DNA of 36,503 bases from a virus (IMGVR_UViG_2718218136_000002:1-36503), one strand, 5' to 3'; positions 8,797 to 19,304 are shown, numbered from the stretch's first letter. Program-made: numbers and translations. The notes: generated by a model from the letters alone, not told the origin.

Positions 8797-9650
8797 GCAC
8801 CATCCTGAAATGGGCGGGTAATAAAACCGCCATTATGTCCGAACTGAAAAAATACCTTCCTGCTGGCCCGCGACTGGTTGAACCTTTCGCGGGTTCTTGT
8901 GCTGTGATGATGGCGACGGATTACCCCAGCTATCTGGTTGCGGATATTAATCCTGATTTAATCAACCTCTATAAAAAGATTGCCGCTGATTGCGAAGCGT
9001 TTATATCTCGTGCCAAAGTTTTATTTGAGGAAGCAAACAGTGAGCTGGCTTATTACAACATAAGACAGGAGTTTAATTACTCAACTGAAATTACTGATTT
9101 CATGAAGGCGATATATTTCCTGTATCTCAATCGTCACGGTTACCGTGGTTTATGTCGCTATAACAAGAGCGGGTATTTCAACATTCCCTACGGTAATTAT
9201 AAAAATCCGTATTTCCCTGAAAAAGAAATTCGCGCATTTGCAGAGAAAGCCCAGCGGGCAACGTTTATCTGCGCGAGCTTTGATGAAACGCTGGCGATGC
9301 TGCAGGTGGGGGATGTGGTGTATTGCGATCCGCCGTATGACGGTACGTTTTCCGGCTATCACACTGATGGTTTCACTGAAGATGACCAGTATCACCTGGC
9401 ATCCATTCTTGAACATCGGTCATCAGAAGGACATCCGGTCATTGTTTCTAACAATGACACATCCCTGATTCGTTCGCTGTATCGCAATTTTACTCACCAC
9501 TATATCAAGGCAAAACGCAGCATCGGCGTGTCAGCTGGCGAGGGTAAATCTGCAACAGAAATCATTGCTGTTTCCGGGCCGAGCTGCTGGTTGGGATTTG
9601 ATCCTTCGCGTGGCGTGGATAGTTCTGCCGTGTACGGAGTGTGTGTATGA
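8793..9650 (+). CDS. dam: DNA adenine N6-methyltransferase (Dam family, orphan)
   Basis: Motif [10 protein letters not shown] and motif IV DPPY (VYCDPPYDG). No adjacent restriction endonuclease gene. Confidence 0.9.
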   Translation: MSTILKWAGNKTAIMSELKKYLPAGPRLVEPFAGSCAVMMATDYPSYLVADINPDLINLYKKIAADCEAFISRAKVLFEEANSELAYYNIRQEFNYSTEITDFMKAIYFLYLNRHGYRGLCRYNKSGYFNIPYGNYKNPYFPEKEIRAFAEKAQRATFICASFDETLAMLQVGDVVYCDPPYDGTFSGYHTDGFTEDDQYHLASILEHRSSEGHPVIVSNNDTSLIRSLYRNFTHHYIKAKRSIGVSAGEGKSATEIIAVSGPSCWLGFDPSRGVDSSAVYGVCV

Positions 9651-12061
9651 GTCATGACGATATGAACAATTGCAGCGGCTTTAACGAGGCCGCCGCAGCA
9701 TTTTCATGGAACGGCTCGAAAAAGGCCATTAACCCTTATCTGGACCCGGCGGAAGTTGCGCCGGAGTCTGCACTTTCAAACCTGATCACTCTGTACGCTG
9801 CCGATAACGAGCAGGAACAACTGCGCCGCGAGGCACTGAGTGAGCAGGTCTGGGAGCGTTATTTCTTTAATGAATCCCGTGATCCTGTCCAGCGCGAAAT
9901 GGAGCAGGATAAGCTCATTAGCCGGGCAAAGCTGGCGCATGAGCAGCAGCGTTTTAATCCGGACATGGTCATTCTGGCGGACGTAAACGCCCAGCCTTCC
10001 CATATCAGCAAGCCGCTGATGCAACGTATTGAATACTTCAGCAGCCTGGGCAGGCCAAAGGCTTATTCCCGCTATTTGCGTGAGACGATTAAGCCATGTC
10101 TGGAGCGACTGGATTGTGTACGTGACAGTCAGCTATCTGTTTCTTTCCGTTTTATGGCAAGCCATCAAGGGCTGGAGGGTCTGCTGATCCTGCCTGAAAT
10201 GAGCCAGGATCAGGTGAAACGCCTGTCCACCCTGGTAGCAGCGCATATGAGCATGTGTCTTGAGGACGCTTGTGGTGATTTGTATGCCACCGATGACGTT
10301 AAGCCAGAAGAAATCCGCAAGACATGGGAAAAGGTGGCAGCGGAAACCCTGCGTCTGGATGTTATCCCGCCTGCGTTTGAGAAACTTCGTCGGAAAAGAA
10401 ACCGCCGCAAACCAGTGCCCTATGAACTCATCCCGGGTTCGCTGGCGCGTATGTTGTGTGCCGACTGGTGGTATCGGAAATTATGGAAGATGCGTTGCGA
10501 ATGGCGGGAAGAGCAGTTGCGTGCTGTCTGCCTGGTCAGCAAAAAAGCATCCCCCTATGTCAGCTATGAAGCCGTGATGCATAAACGTGAGCAGCGCCGT
10601 AAGTCGCTGGAGTTTTTTCGTTCTCATGAACTGGTGAACGAAGACGGCGACACGCTGGATATGGAAGATGTGGTAAACGCCAGCAGCAGCAACCCGGCGC
10701 ATCGCCGCAATGAGATGATGGCCTGTGTTAAAGGTCTGGAGCTTATCGCGGAAATGCGCAGTGACTGTGCCGTTTTCTACACTATCACCTGTCCGTCGCG
10801 TTTCCATTCCACGCTCAATAACGGCAGACCAAACCCGACCTGGACAAACGCGACGGTAAGACAAAGTAGCGATTATCTGGTCGGCATGTTTGCTGCATTT
10901 CGTAAGGCTATGCATAAAGCCGGGTTGCGCTGGTATGGCGTGCGGGTAGCTGAGCCGCATCATGACGGTACTGTGCACTGGCATCTCATGTGTTTCATGC
11001 GTAAAAAAGACCGCCGAGCCATCACTGCATTACTGCGTAAGTTTGCCATCCGTGAAGACCGTGAGGAGCTGGGCAATAACACGGGACCACGCTTTAAGTC
11101 TGAGCTGATAAACCCGCGCAAAGGTACGCCAACAAGCTATATCGCGAAATACATCAGTAAGAACATTGACGGGCGTGGTCTGGCTGGGGAGATCAGCAAG
11201 GAAACGGGTAAATCCCTGCGTGATAACGCTGAATACGTTAATGCCTGGGCGTCTCTGCATCGTGTTCAGCAATTCCGCTTCTTTGGCATTCCGGGGCGTC
11301 AGGCTTACCGTGAACTGCGATTGCTGGCTGGTCAGGCGGCAAGGCAACAGGGTAACAAAAAAGCAGGTGCGCCGGTACTGGATAACCCGCGTCTTGATGC
11401 AATCCTGGCTGCTGCTGATGCTGGTTGTTTTGCCACCTACATCATGAAGCAGGGCGGCGTACTGGTTCCCCGCAAATATCACCTCATCAGAACTGCTTAT
11501 GAAATCAACGAAGAACCGACCGCATATGGCGATCACGGTATTCGTATTTATGGCATCTGGTCACCCATTGCAGAGGGCAAGATCTGCACTCATGCGGTGA
11601 AGTGGAAAATGGTTCGTAAGGCCGTTGACGTTCAGGAGGCGGCAGCCGACCAGGGCGCTTGCGCCCCTTGGACTCGTGGCAATAACTGTCCCCTTGCTGA
11701 AAATTTGAACCAACAGGAGAAAGATAAATCAGCTGATGGGGACACCAGAACGGATATTACCTGCATGGATGACAAGGAGTTGCACGATTACCTGCACAGT
11801 ATGAACAAAAAAGAGCGCCGGGAACTGGCTGCAAGGTTACGTCTGGTTAAACCGAAACGGCGTAGAGACTACAAACAGCGAATTACAGACTATCAACGAC
11901 AGCAGCTCGTCTATGAACTGAAGTCCAGAGGATTTGATGGCAGCGAGAAAGAGGTCGATTTACTCCTTCGCGGCGGCAGTATTCCGTCAGGAGCAGGCTT
12001 GCGTATCTTCTATCGGAACCAGCGTTTGCAGGAAGATGATAAGTGGCGAAACCTGTATTAA
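9647..12061 (+). CDS. A: Replication initiation endonuclease (P2 gpA / 186 A, rolling-circle initiator)
   Basis: About 805 aa with the conserved catalytic region ...[14 protein letters not shown].... Position after the early genes. Confidence 0.9.
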   Translation: MSHDDMNNCSGFNEAAAAFSWNGSKKAINPYLDPAEVAPESALSNLITLYAADNEQEQLRREALSEQVWERYFFNESRDPVQREMEQDKLISRAKLAHEQQRFNPDMVILADVNAQPSHISKPLMQRIEYFSSLGRPKAYSRYLRETIKPCLERLDCVRDSQLSVSFRFMASHQGLEGLLILPEMSQDQVKRLSTLVAAHMSMCLEDACGDLYATDDVKPEEIRKTWEKVAAETLRLDVIPPAFEKLRRKRNRRKPVPYELIPGSLARMLCADWWYRKLWKMRCEWREEQLRAVCLVSKKASPYVSYEAVMHKREQRRKSLEFFRSHELVNEDGDTLDMEDVVNASSSNPAHRRNEMMACVKGLELIAEMRSDCAVFYTITCPSRFHSTLNNGRPNPTWTNATVRQSSDYLVGMFAAFRKAMHKAGLRWYGVRVAEPHHDGTVHWHLMCFMRKKDRRAITALLRKFAIREDREELGNNTGPRFKSELINPRKGTPTSYIAKYISKNIDGRGLAGEISKETGKSLRDNAEYVNAWASLHRVQQFRFFGIPGRQAYRELRLLAGQAARQQGNKKAGAPVLDNPRLDAILAAADAGCFATYIMKQGGVLVPRKYHLIRTAYEINEEPTAYGDHGIRIYGIWSPIAEGKICTHAVKWKMVRKAVDVQEAAADQGACAPWTRGNNCPLAENLNQQEKDKSADGDTRTDITCMDDKELHDYLHSMNKKERRELAARLRLVKPKRRRDYKQRITDYQRQQLVYELKSRGFDGSEKEVDLLLRGGSIPSGAGLRIFYRNQRLQEDDKWRNLY

Positions 12062-12153
12062 TTACGCGGGTTAACAATTCGTGCTCTTAATAATACCAGG
12101 CATATCAGGCTGATGAACGTAAAAAAACGTTTTACATCAGTAAGATTATTATA

Positions 12154-12173
12154 TACTGTAAATATAAACAGTG
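12154..12173. promoter_or_regulatory. LexA (SOS) box
   Basis: TACTGTAAATATAAACAGTG = CTGT-N8-ACAG, matching the consensus taCTGTatatatatACAGta. About 40 bp upstream of the 12215 ORF. Confidence 0.65.
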
Positions 12174-12214
12174 GTTATACATACAGTATTGCTTGTGGTG
12201 TCATAGGAGGAAAG

Positions 12215-12403
12215 ATGCAGGACTATTTTTTGGAGTCTTTGAAGCTCCAGCGCATTGATTTTTTTCTTAAGCTTGTAGCGGCTAGTGAGTGTAGTGATGA
12301 AGAGAAGGGGCTGGCCCTGCAGTGGGTTTCTGAACTGACAGATGAACTCATGGCAAAAATCAGAAGCCACGAATACAACCGCTCAATGGATGTCATCAGC
12401 TGA
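12215..12403 (+). CDS. Small hypothetical protein, candidate antirepressor-module partner (Tum-like N-terminal part?)
   Basis: 62 codons with AGGAGG RBS. Immediately downstream of the LexA box and 10 nt upstream of the DinI-like gene. Confidence 0.45.
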   Translation: MQDYFLESLKLQRIDFFLKLVAASECSDEEKGLALQWVSELTDELMAKIRSHEYNRSMDVIS

Positions 12404-12413
12404 GGGGTCTTTT

Positions 12414-12647
12414 ATGCGCATTGAAATAATGATCGATAAAGAGCAGAAGATTAGCCAGTCTACCCTGGACGCCCTTGAATCCGAGCTTTACCGCAATCTG
12501 CGCCCCCTGTATCCCAAAACGGTAATTCGTATCCGCAAAGGTAGCTCTAACGGTGTGGAACTGACTGGGCTGCAACAGGACGAAGAAAGAAAACAAGTGA
12601 TGAAAATTATGCAGAAGGTGTGGGAAGACGACAGCTGGCTGCATTAA
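12414..12647 (+). CDS. DinI-family protein (SOS-associated; Tum C-terminal domain-like)
   Basis: MRIEIMIDKEQKISQSTLDALESELYRNLRPLYPKTVIRIRKGSSNGVELTGLQQDEERKQVMKIMQKVWEDDSWL resembles E. coli DinI (MRIEVTIAK...ISEILQETWESADDW). Confidence 0.75.
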   Translation: MRIEIMIDKEQKISQSTLDALESELYRNLRPLYPKTVIRIRKGSSNGVELTGLQQDEERKQVMKIMQKVWEDDSWLH

Positions 12648-12782
12648 GAAACGTTGCTGGCGTCTGAACTTGCTTCTGGCGTCAGCAAGGTTGAACAACG
12701 AGCCCTTGCGAGGCGTTAGCTCTGTAGTGCATGTCTATGCCGCATGAGATCGCATGATCGTTTGAGGATCGTTTTTGCTAAG

Positions 12783-12806
12783 GCCCGCCAGAACTGGCGG
12801 GCTTTT
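12783..12806 (+). terminator. Rho-independent terminator ending the early rightward operon
   Basis: GCCCGCCAG aa CTGGCGGGC stem followed by TTTT. Confidence 0.6.
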
Positions 12807-12851
12807 GCGTAGATCATGCAGGTGCATGAAAACCACTACATAAAGCGGGCA

Positions 12852-12870
12852 GGCGTGGCGGGGATACGAG
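12852..12870. other. Putative cos site (cohesive-end sequence)
   Basis: GGCGTGGCGGGGATACGAG. The first 13 nt match the P2/186 cohesive end as I recall it (GGCG(A/T)GGCGGGGAAAGCA-). Located between the early-operon terminator and the Q gene, where P2-like cos lies. Confidence 0.4.
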
Positions 12871-12954
12871 CGCGCGCAACGGGGTAAAATGGCCAAAATC
12901 CGGCACAGCCTCTGGCCCGCTGGCGGCCTCATTTAGTGGAGGGGGGAGATGTCA

Positions 12955-12994
12955 GGGCAAAAAGAAACGCCCCGCAGAATGCTGCTGAGGCGTT
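12955..12994 (-). terminator. Rho-independent terminator downstream of Q (end of the leftward P-Q operon)
   Basis: On the minus strand: AACGCC stem, loop, GGCGTT, then TCTTTTTGC. Confidence 0.55.
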
Positions 12995-13029
12995 GTGAGA
13001 GTTGGTCGGTTATTGATGTTATGAGTATG

Positions 13030-14073
13030 TCAGCTTCGTTTGCCCTTAAGTCCTAAGTCATAGGCTTCAAAACGGATAACCTCTTCATCCAGCCAGTCAT
13101 TCAGCTCCTGCAGTCGCTTTTGCAGGGGCATCAGTTCATTGCGGACGAAGACACGGCTCGCTTTTTCCACATCCCCAAAGCCGCCAGTGTTGTTGGGAAT
13201 GATGCCCATCATTTGCGGCGGTACGCGGTGAGCCGCCATCATGTCATCGCGGCTGACGTTCTTGATGTTCAGAAATTCATCCTTCGCCGCGACTTCCGAC
13301 AACGGGATAATCTGAATGCCATCTTTTTTGCCGTTAGGCGAGTACATAAACAGGTTGCGGAAGTTGCCCGGTCCTTTAGCACTTTTCATTGCCTTGCGGA
13401 TGTTGTTCACATCCTCCTGGTTCTGTGCGGCGTCGGTCATGTACATGATGAAGCCTGCGTGGCTGCCGTTAATGTAATACTTGCGGCGGAACAGCGTGGC
13501 GGATTCGTTGAGCAGAGCTGACGGAATGGCAGAAAGGTAACCCGGCAGACCATAAATCTCCTGGTTGATATCCGGCTCCATCAGGTGGAAGACGTTACCT
13601 TTTGTGAACTGATACGGCTGTGTCGTCAGGCTGTATTGCACAAACCAGTATGTTTCAAGGTCAAGCCCGCGTCGGGTGTATTTTGCCAGTGCAGGCTCCA
13701 GCGAAATAACTTCACCAAAGCGGTTCGTGCGTTTCTCCAGGTAGGCGTTACCAAAAACCAGATAGTCCTGCACAAAACGGGTAAATGCCTGCTGGCTGAG
13801 AAGGCGATGTGGAATATAGGTACTGCTGATAATGTCACGCTTAACACTGATCGGGGAGCTGTGGTGCACGGCGGCGCGGAAGGTGCGCGCCAGTCCGTCA
13901 AAGCTGACGGGCGGCTCATACCAGCGATCCATCTGTACGCATTCCACATAGTCCAGCAGTTCGCGGCGGTCCAGTACAGGAATGGGATCACCAAAGCTGA
14001 AAGCCTCCGCAACGGGTTTTTTAGTTTCTTCTGCAGTTACGGTTTCGCCTGGCGCGATATGTTCTTTCATCAA
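13030..14073 (-). CDS. Q: Portal protein (P2 gpQ-like)
   Basis: 347 aa. Size, order (Q then P leftward) and sequence character match the P2 portal. Confidence 0.92.
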   Translation of the reverse strand: MMKEHIAPGETVTAEETKKPVAEAFSFGDPIPVLDRRELLDYVECVQMDRWYEPPVSFDGLARTFRAAVHHSSPISVKRDIISSTYIPHRLLSQQAFTRFVQDYLVFGNAYLEKRTNRFGEVISLEPALAKYTRRGLDLETYWFVQYSLTTQPYQFTKGNVFHLMEPDINQEIYGLPGYLSAIPSALLNESATLFRRKYYINGSHAGFIMYMTDAAQNQEDVNNIRKAMKSAKGPGNFRNLFMYSPNGKKDGIQIIPLSEVAAKDEFLNIKNVSRDDMMAAHRVPPQMMGIIPNNTGGFGDVEKASRVFVRNELMPLQKRLQELNDWLDEEVIRFEAYDLGLKGKRS

Positions 14074-15836
14074 AAAATCTCCACAATATTGCTGGTATTG
14101 GCGGACTCGCCCTGCAGCGGTTCGTTAAACAGTGCGTGCATGGTTGCCCATGCCAGATCGGCATGGCTGGCTTCTTCGCTGCGGCTGGCTTCGTAGGTCG
14201 GGCGGTTGCCACTGGCGGTGGTGGCGCGACGGATTGCCATGAATGACTGCGCAATGTCGGTATGTCCGGCGTCAAACTCCAGACGGCGGTGGCTGATAAT
14301 GTCGTAGGCCTTGAGTACCAGGGCGTTTTTAACGTTGGGGTTGTAGACAAACTCCCGGACGGCAGGAAAGAACGCTTTCACGTTCTCGTAAACCCCGTGA
14401 CCGACGCCGGTTGAGTCGATACCGATATAGGTCACGTTGTACTGTTCGGTCAGTTTTTTGATGGCGTCAGCCTGGGCGCGGAAGTCCATCCCGCGCCACT
14501 GGTGACGCTCAAGAATGCGGAACTTACCGCCTGGCACGGCTGGCGGTGCCACCACCACGCATCCGGCGCTGTCGCCGTTCTGCGTACCTTTTGCCGGGTC
14601 ATAACCGATCCACACTTCGCGCCAGCCAAACGGGCGCAGGGCCAGTGCATGAAAGTCGGTCCAGACTTCCCAGCTGTCCACCATGCACGCCTGCAATTCG
14701 CTGAGCGGGAACACAGATGCGAGATCGTCAACGAACTCGCACATCAGCAGGTTCTGGTATTCGTCCGGGCTGTACTCCATGCGCAACTGGTCGAGGTCGA
14801 ACAGGTTACAGCCGCCGCGTACCGCATCTTCCACGGTGACTATCTGGCGGTATTGCCCGTCTGCGCACAGCAGGCCGGGGGCCAGATTGCTGTGGGACAG
14901 GTCGATGTCCACCTTATCGGCTTTGTTGCGCCCACGGTTGAACAGCGCACCGGACCAGAACGGATAAGCACTGTGTGTCAGGCTGGATGGCGTGGAAAAA
15001 TAGGTCTGTCGCCATTTCTTGTGAATAGCCATACCGGAAGCCACTTTGCGCAGCTCCTGGAATTTCGGTATCCAGAAATATTCATCCAGATACAGGTTGC
15101 CGTGGTAACTCTGGGCCGTGCGGGCATTGGTGCCGAGGAAATACAGTGTGGCCCCGTTGGGAAGCACCATCGGATCGCCTTTCAGCTCCACCTCCACTTC
15201 TTTGGCGAAGTCGATGATGTACTGCTTAAAGACGTGAGCCTGTGCCTTACTGGCAGAAAGGAAAATCTGGTTACGTCCGGTAAGCAGGGCGTCAATCAGG
15301 GCTTCACGGGCAAAGTAAAAGGTCGCACCGATCTGGCGTGACTTCAGCAGGTTGCGGATGCGGTTGGTTTTTCCGGCTTCCCACCAGTGGCGCTGATAGT
15401 TGAACATGGAGGAATGGAAGATTTCTTCCAACTTCTCAATCTGTTCATCGGTGAAAACGTTCTTTTCCGGCTGACGACGCGGGCCTTTGTTGCGGTTGGC
15501 GACGTTAGGGTTTAAGTCGGCTTCGTTGCCGCCATTGTTAAACTTGCCGATCCGCGCATGGCGCTCCGACTGGCGCGCCAGCAGATCAATCTCTTTGAAA
15601 TCTTTCCCTTCTTTGTGCTCCTTCATAATGAGCTGGCAGTAGCGTGCGGCGGTGGTGAGCTGCATCTGATCCAGCGGCCCATAGTCACCCCACTTGTCGC
15701 GTTTTTTCCAGCTGTGAACGGTTGCAACTTTCTCGCCCAGCATTTCAGCAATGCGGGCTACGCGGTATCCCTGAAAGTACAGCAGCATGGCCTGCCGACG
15801 GGGATCGAGATCTGCGGGTGTCAGTGTGGTGTTCAT
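14070..15836 (-). CDS. P: Terminase large (ATPase) subunit (P2 gpP-like)
   Basis: 588 aa. Start overlaps the Q stop. Divergent from O as in P2. Confidence 0.93.
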   Translation of the reverse strand: MNTTLTPADLDPRRQAMLLYFQGYRVARIAEMLGEKVATVHSWKKRDKWGDYGPLDQMQLTTAARYCQLIMKEHKEGKDFKEIDLLARQSERHARIGKFNNGGNEADLNPNVANRNKGPRRQPEKNVFTDEQIEKLEEIFHSSMFNYQRHWWEAGKTNRIRNLLKSRQIGATFYFAREALIDALLTGRNQIFLSASKAQAHVFKQYIIDFAKEVEVELKGDPMVLPNGATLYFLGTNARTAQSYHGNLYLDEYFWIPKFQELRKVASGMAIHKKWRQTYFSTPSSLTHSAYPFWSGALFNRGRNKADKVDIDLSHSNLAPGLLCADGQYRQIVTVEDAVRGGCNLFDLDQLRMEYSPDEYQNLLMCEFVDDLASVFPLSELQACMVDSWEVWTDFHALALRPFGWREVWIGYDPAKGTQNGDSAGCVVVAPPAVPGGKFRILERHQWRGMDFRAQADAIKKLTEQYNVTYIGIDSTGVGHGVYENVKAFFPAVREFVYNPNVKNALVLKAYDIISHRRLEFDAGHTDIAQSFMAIRRATTASGNRPTYEASRSEEASHADLAWATMHALFNEPLQGESANTSNIVEIF

Positions 15837-15882
15837 GGCACAAACCTACAGCCTTGAATGAAGGCTTTCCCCGCCTGCGGTT

Positions 15883-15900
15883 TGTGTGGTTGTCGGTACA
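15883..15900. promoter_or_regulatory. TGT-N12-ACA dyad, candidate Ogr-type late activator site (O promoter)
   Basis: TGTgtggttgtcggtACA in the P/O divergent intergenic region. Confidence 0.45.
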
Positions 15901-15978
15901 AATACCGCGCATTGTTTCACTGCCCCCATCACCGCAACCATAAGGCTCCAGTAAGTTTTTTCTAACGGAGCACGGCTC

Positions 15979-16812
15979 ATGACAGTGAAAGCAAAGCGTT
16001 TTCGCATCGGGGTGGAAGGTGCCACCACCGACGGACGCGAAATCCAGCGTGAATGGCTGGAACAGATGGCAGCCAGCTACAACCCGGCGGTGTATACCGC
16101 TCTGATTAACCTTGAGCACATCAAGTCTTATCTGCCGGACAGCACCTTTAACCGCTACGGCAAGGTGACGGCGCTGTTTGCTGAAGAAATCACGGAAGGT
16201 CCGCTGGCGGGCAAGATGGCGCTGTATGCCGACGTTGAGCCAACGGAATCCCTGGTGGAGCTGGTGAAAAAAGGCCAGAAATTATTCACCTCTATGGAAG
16301 TCAGCCCGAAGTTTGCTGATACGGGCAAAGCCTACCTGGTTGGCCTGGCCGCCACTGATGATCCAGCCAGTCTGGGTACGGAAATGCTGACATTCAGCGC
16401 CAGTGCAGCCCATAACCCGCTGGCAAACCGCAAGCAGAATCCCGCCAATCTTTTTACCGCTGCAGAGGAAACGGTGATCGAACTGGAAGAAATCCAGGAT
16501 GACAAACCGTCCCTGTTTTCCCGCGTCACGGCGCTGTTTACCAAAAAAGAGCAGTCCGACGATGCCCGGTTCTCTGATGTGCATAAGGCCGTGGAGCTGG
16601 TCGCCACTGAGCAGCAAAACCTGAGCGTGCGCACCGAAAAATCCCTGTCTGAGCAGGAAGAACGCCTGTCTGAGCTGGAGACTGCTCTGCAGGAGCAGCA
16701 AACCGCCTTTAACGAACTGGTGAATAAGCTGAGTCAAGAAGACAGCCGCCAGGACTACCGCCAGCGTGCAACAGGCGGTAACGCCCCCGCTGACACTCTG
16801 ACCAATTGCTGA
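15979..16812 (+). CDS. O: Capsid scaffolding protein (P2 gpO-like)
   Basis: 277 aa. ..RFRIGVEGATTDGREI.. and C-terminal ..ATGGNAPADTLTNC resemble P2 gpO. Confidence 0.92.
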   Translation: MTVKAKRFRIGVEGATTDGREIQREWLEQMAASYNPAVYTALINLEHIKSYLPDSTFNRYGKVTALFAEEITEGPLAGKMALYADVEPTESLVELVKKGQKLFTSMEVSPKFADTGKAYLVGLAATDDPASLGTEMLTFSASAAHNPLANRKQNPANLFTAAEETVIELEEIQDDKPSLFSRVTALFTKKEQSDDARFSDVHKAVELVATEQQNLSVRTEKSLSEQEERLSELETALQEQQTAFNELVNKLSQEDSRQDYRQRATGGNAPADTLTNC

Positions 16813-16828
16813 TGGAGCACAAAACCTG

Positions 16829-17887
16829 ATGAAGAAGAATACCCGCTTTGCTTTTAACGCTTACCTGCAGCAGCTGGCGCGTCTGAACGGTGTGGCAGTT
16901 GAAGAGCTGTCCAGCAAGTTCACCGTGGAGCCGTCCGTGCAGCAGACGCTGGAAGACCAGATCCAGCAGTCCGCCGCTTTCCTGACGCTGATTAATGTCA
17001 CCCCGGTGACTGAACAGTCCGGTCAACTGCTGGGGCTGGGTGTTGGTAGTACCATTGCCGGAACCACTGATACCACCGCAAAAGAGCGTGAGCCTGTCGA
17101 TCCGACGCTGATGGTCGATGTGGAATATAAATGCGAGCAGACCAACTTTGACACGGTGCTGACCTACGCGAAGCTGGACCTGTGGGCGAAATTTCAGGAT
17201 TTCCAGGTGCGTATCCGTGACGCCATCGTGAAACGTCAGGCACTGGACCGCATCATGATCGGCTTTAACGGCGTGAAGCGTGCGAAAACCTCCAACCGTA
17301 GTGAAAACCCGCTGCTGCAGGATGTGAACAAAGGCTGGCTGCAGAAAATCCGTGAAGATGCACCGGATCACGTCATGGGTAGCACCACCACGGGCGGTGA
17401 AACCACACCGGGTGCGGTGAAAGTCGGGAAAGGTGGCGAATATGCCAACCTGGACGCCGTGGTGATGGATGCCGTCAATGAGCTTATCGACGTGGTCTAC
17501 CAGGACGATGACGATCTGGTGGTGATTTGCGGTCGTGAACTGCTGTCTGACAAGTATTTCCCGCTGGTCAACAAAGAGCAGGAAAACAGTGAAAAACTGG
17601 CAGCCGATATGATTATCAGTCAGAAACGCATGGGCGGTCTGCAGGCCGTGCGTGCGCCGTTCTTCCCGCCGAATGCGCTGCTGATCACCCGTCTGGATAA
17701 CTTGTCCATCTACTGGCAGGAAGACACCCGCCGCCGTTCAGTTATCGACAACCCGAAACGTGACCGGATTGAAAATTTTGAATCCGTTAACGAAGCCTAT
17801 GTGGTTGAGGACTACCGCTGCGCCGCACTGGTGGAAAACATCCAGATTGGCGATTTCAGCGCCGCTGCAGTAGAAGCCGGAGCGTAA
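16829..17887 (+). CDS. N: Major capsid protein (P2 gpN-like)
   Basis: 352 aa, follows the scaffold gene. Confidence 0.93.
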   Translation: MKKNTRFAFNAYLQQLARLNGVAVEELSSKFTVEPSVQQTLEDQIQQSAAFLTLINVTPVTEQSGQLLGLGVGSTIAGTTDTTAKEREPVDPTLMVDVEYKCEQTNFDTVLTYAKLDLWAKFQDFQVRIRDAIVKRQALDRIMIGFNGVKRAKTSNRSENPLLQDVNKGWLQKIREDAPDHVMGSTTTGGETTPGAVKVGKGGEYANLDAVVMDAVNELIDVVYQDDDDLVVICGRELLSDKYFPLVNKEQENSEKLAADMIISQKRMGGLQAVRAPFFPPNALLITRLDNLSIYWQEDTRRRSVIDNPKRDRIENFESVNEAYVVEDYRCAALVENIQIGDFSAAAVEAGA

Positions 17888-17890
17888 CCC

Positions 17891-18541
17891 ATGAGCCTGA
17901 GTCCCGCACGGCAGCATCGCCTGCGCGTTCAGGCTGAACAGGCCGCCCGCGAGGGCGGCAGCGTTCGCCACGCGTCGGGCTATGACCTGATGCTGCTGCA
18001 ACTGGCGGAAGACCGCCGCCGTCTCAAGGGCGTTCAGTCCACGGTGAAAAAAGCGGAAATCAAGGTGGAGCTGTTGCCGAAATATGCCGCCTGGGCGGAG
18101 GGCGTCCTGGCTGCCGGAGGCGCTCAACAGGATGACGTGCTGATGTACGTGATGCTGTGGCGCATTGATGCCGGAGATTATGCCGGGGCGCTGGAGATCG
18201 GGCGTCATGCCCTGCGTCATGGCTGGGTGATGCCGCTGGGTAACCGCAACGTGCAGACCGTGCTGGCAGAGGAAATGGCAGACGCGGCGCAGAGCGCAAT
18301 GCTTGCCGCCACCGGCTTTGATGCCGATCTGTTGCTGCAGACGCTGGAGCTGACAGACGGTCTGGATATGCCGGACCAGTCACGGGCGCGTCTGCATAAA
18401 GCGATTGGCGCTGTCCTGAGTGAAAGCAACCCGGCTTCCGCCCTTAATCATCTCAACCATGCGTTACAGCTCGATCCCCGCTGTGGCGTGAAAAAAGACA
18501 AACAGCAGCTGGAGCGCAGACTGCGCAATGACAGCCGCTGA
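17891..18541 (+). CDS. M: Terminase small (endonuclease) subunit (P2 gpM-like)
   Basis: 216 aa, position after N. Confidence 0.88.
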   Translation: MSLSPARQHRLRVQAEQAAREGGSVRHASGYDLMLLQLAEDRRRLKGVQSTVKKAEIKVELLPKYAAWAEGVLAAGGAQQDDVLMYVMLWRIDAGDYAGALEIGRHALRHGWVMPLGNRNVQTVLAEEMADAAQSAMLAATGFDADLLLQTLELTDGLDMPDQSRARLHKAIGAVLSESNPASALNHLNHALQLDPRCGVKKDKQQLERRLRNDSR

Positions 18542-18636
18542 CAGAACGTGCCCCCGCGCACGGGCGGCACGGGGTGGCGAAAGGCACTGCCACATCAAAA
18601 CCCCGTCCACCGCCCTCTATTTCAGGAGAAAGCAGC

Positions 18637-19101
18637 ATGAAGTTTGTTGCGCCAGAACAGGCACCGGAACAGGCGGAAATCATCAGGAATACGCCGTTCT
18701 GGCCTGATGTGGACCTGTCGGAGTTTCGCAGCGTGATGCGCACTGACGGCACGGTGACGCAGCCGCGTTTAAAGCAGGTTGCGCTGTCGGCAATTTCGGA
18801 GGTCAACGCAGAGCTGTATGAGTTTCGCAGACGCCAGCAGATGCTGGGGTATGCCTCGCTGGCAGAGGTTCCGGCGGAACAGCTGGACGGCAAAAGTGAG
18901 CGCATTCAGCACTATTTCAACGCGGTTTACTGCTGGGCACGCGCCATGCTCAACGAACGTTACCAGGACTATGACGCCACGGCGTCCGGTGTGAAGCGGG
19001 GCGAGGAACTGGCGGAAGCAAGCGGTGATTTGTGGCGTGACGCACGCTGGGCCATCAGCCGGGTGCAGGATGCGCCGCACTGCACAGTGGAGCTTATCTG
19101 A
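18637..19101 (+). CDS. L: Head completion/stabilisation protein (P2 gpL-like)
   Basis: ATG at 18637 with AGGAG RBS. About 154 aa, position after M. Confidence 0.85.
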   Translation: MKFVAPEQAPEQAEIIRNTPFWPDVDLSEFRSVMRTDGTVTQPRLKQVALSAISEVNAELYEFRRRQQMLGYASLAEVPAEQLDGKSERIQHYFNAVYCWARAMLNERYQDYDATASGVKRGEELAEASGDLWRDARWAISRVQDAPHCTVELI

Positions 19102-19304
19102 TGAAAGTGCGTGCGCATCAGTATGACACGGTGGACGCGCTTTGCTGGCGTCATTACGGGCGCACGCAGGGTGTCACGGAGCAGGTACTGAAGGCAAATC
19201 CGGGGCTTGCCGAATACGGCCCCTTTTTACCTCACGGGCTGCAGGTGGAGCTGCCGGACATTCCGACCACCACCACCGTGCAGACCGTCCAGCTATGGGA
19301 CTGA
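19101..19304 (+). CDS. X: Tail protein X (P2 gpX-like)
   Basis: 67 aa. ..DTVDALCWRHYGRTQGVTEQVLKANPGLAEYGPFLPHG..VELPD resembles P2 gpX. Confidence 0.85.
   Translation: MKVRAHQYDTVDALCWRHYGRTQGVTEQVLKANPGLAEYGPFLPHGLQVELPDIPTTTTVQTVQLWD

Noticed and set aside
10481-10984. 167-aa minus-strand ORF
   Set aside because: Fully inside the replication gene A on the opposite strand.
14502-15341. 279-aa plus-strand ORF
   Set aside because: Fully antisense to the terminase large subunit gene P. An artefact of the GC-rich frame.
16709-17371. 220-aa minus-strand ORF
   Set aside because: Antisense across the O/N junction. The plus-strand genes have clear homology.
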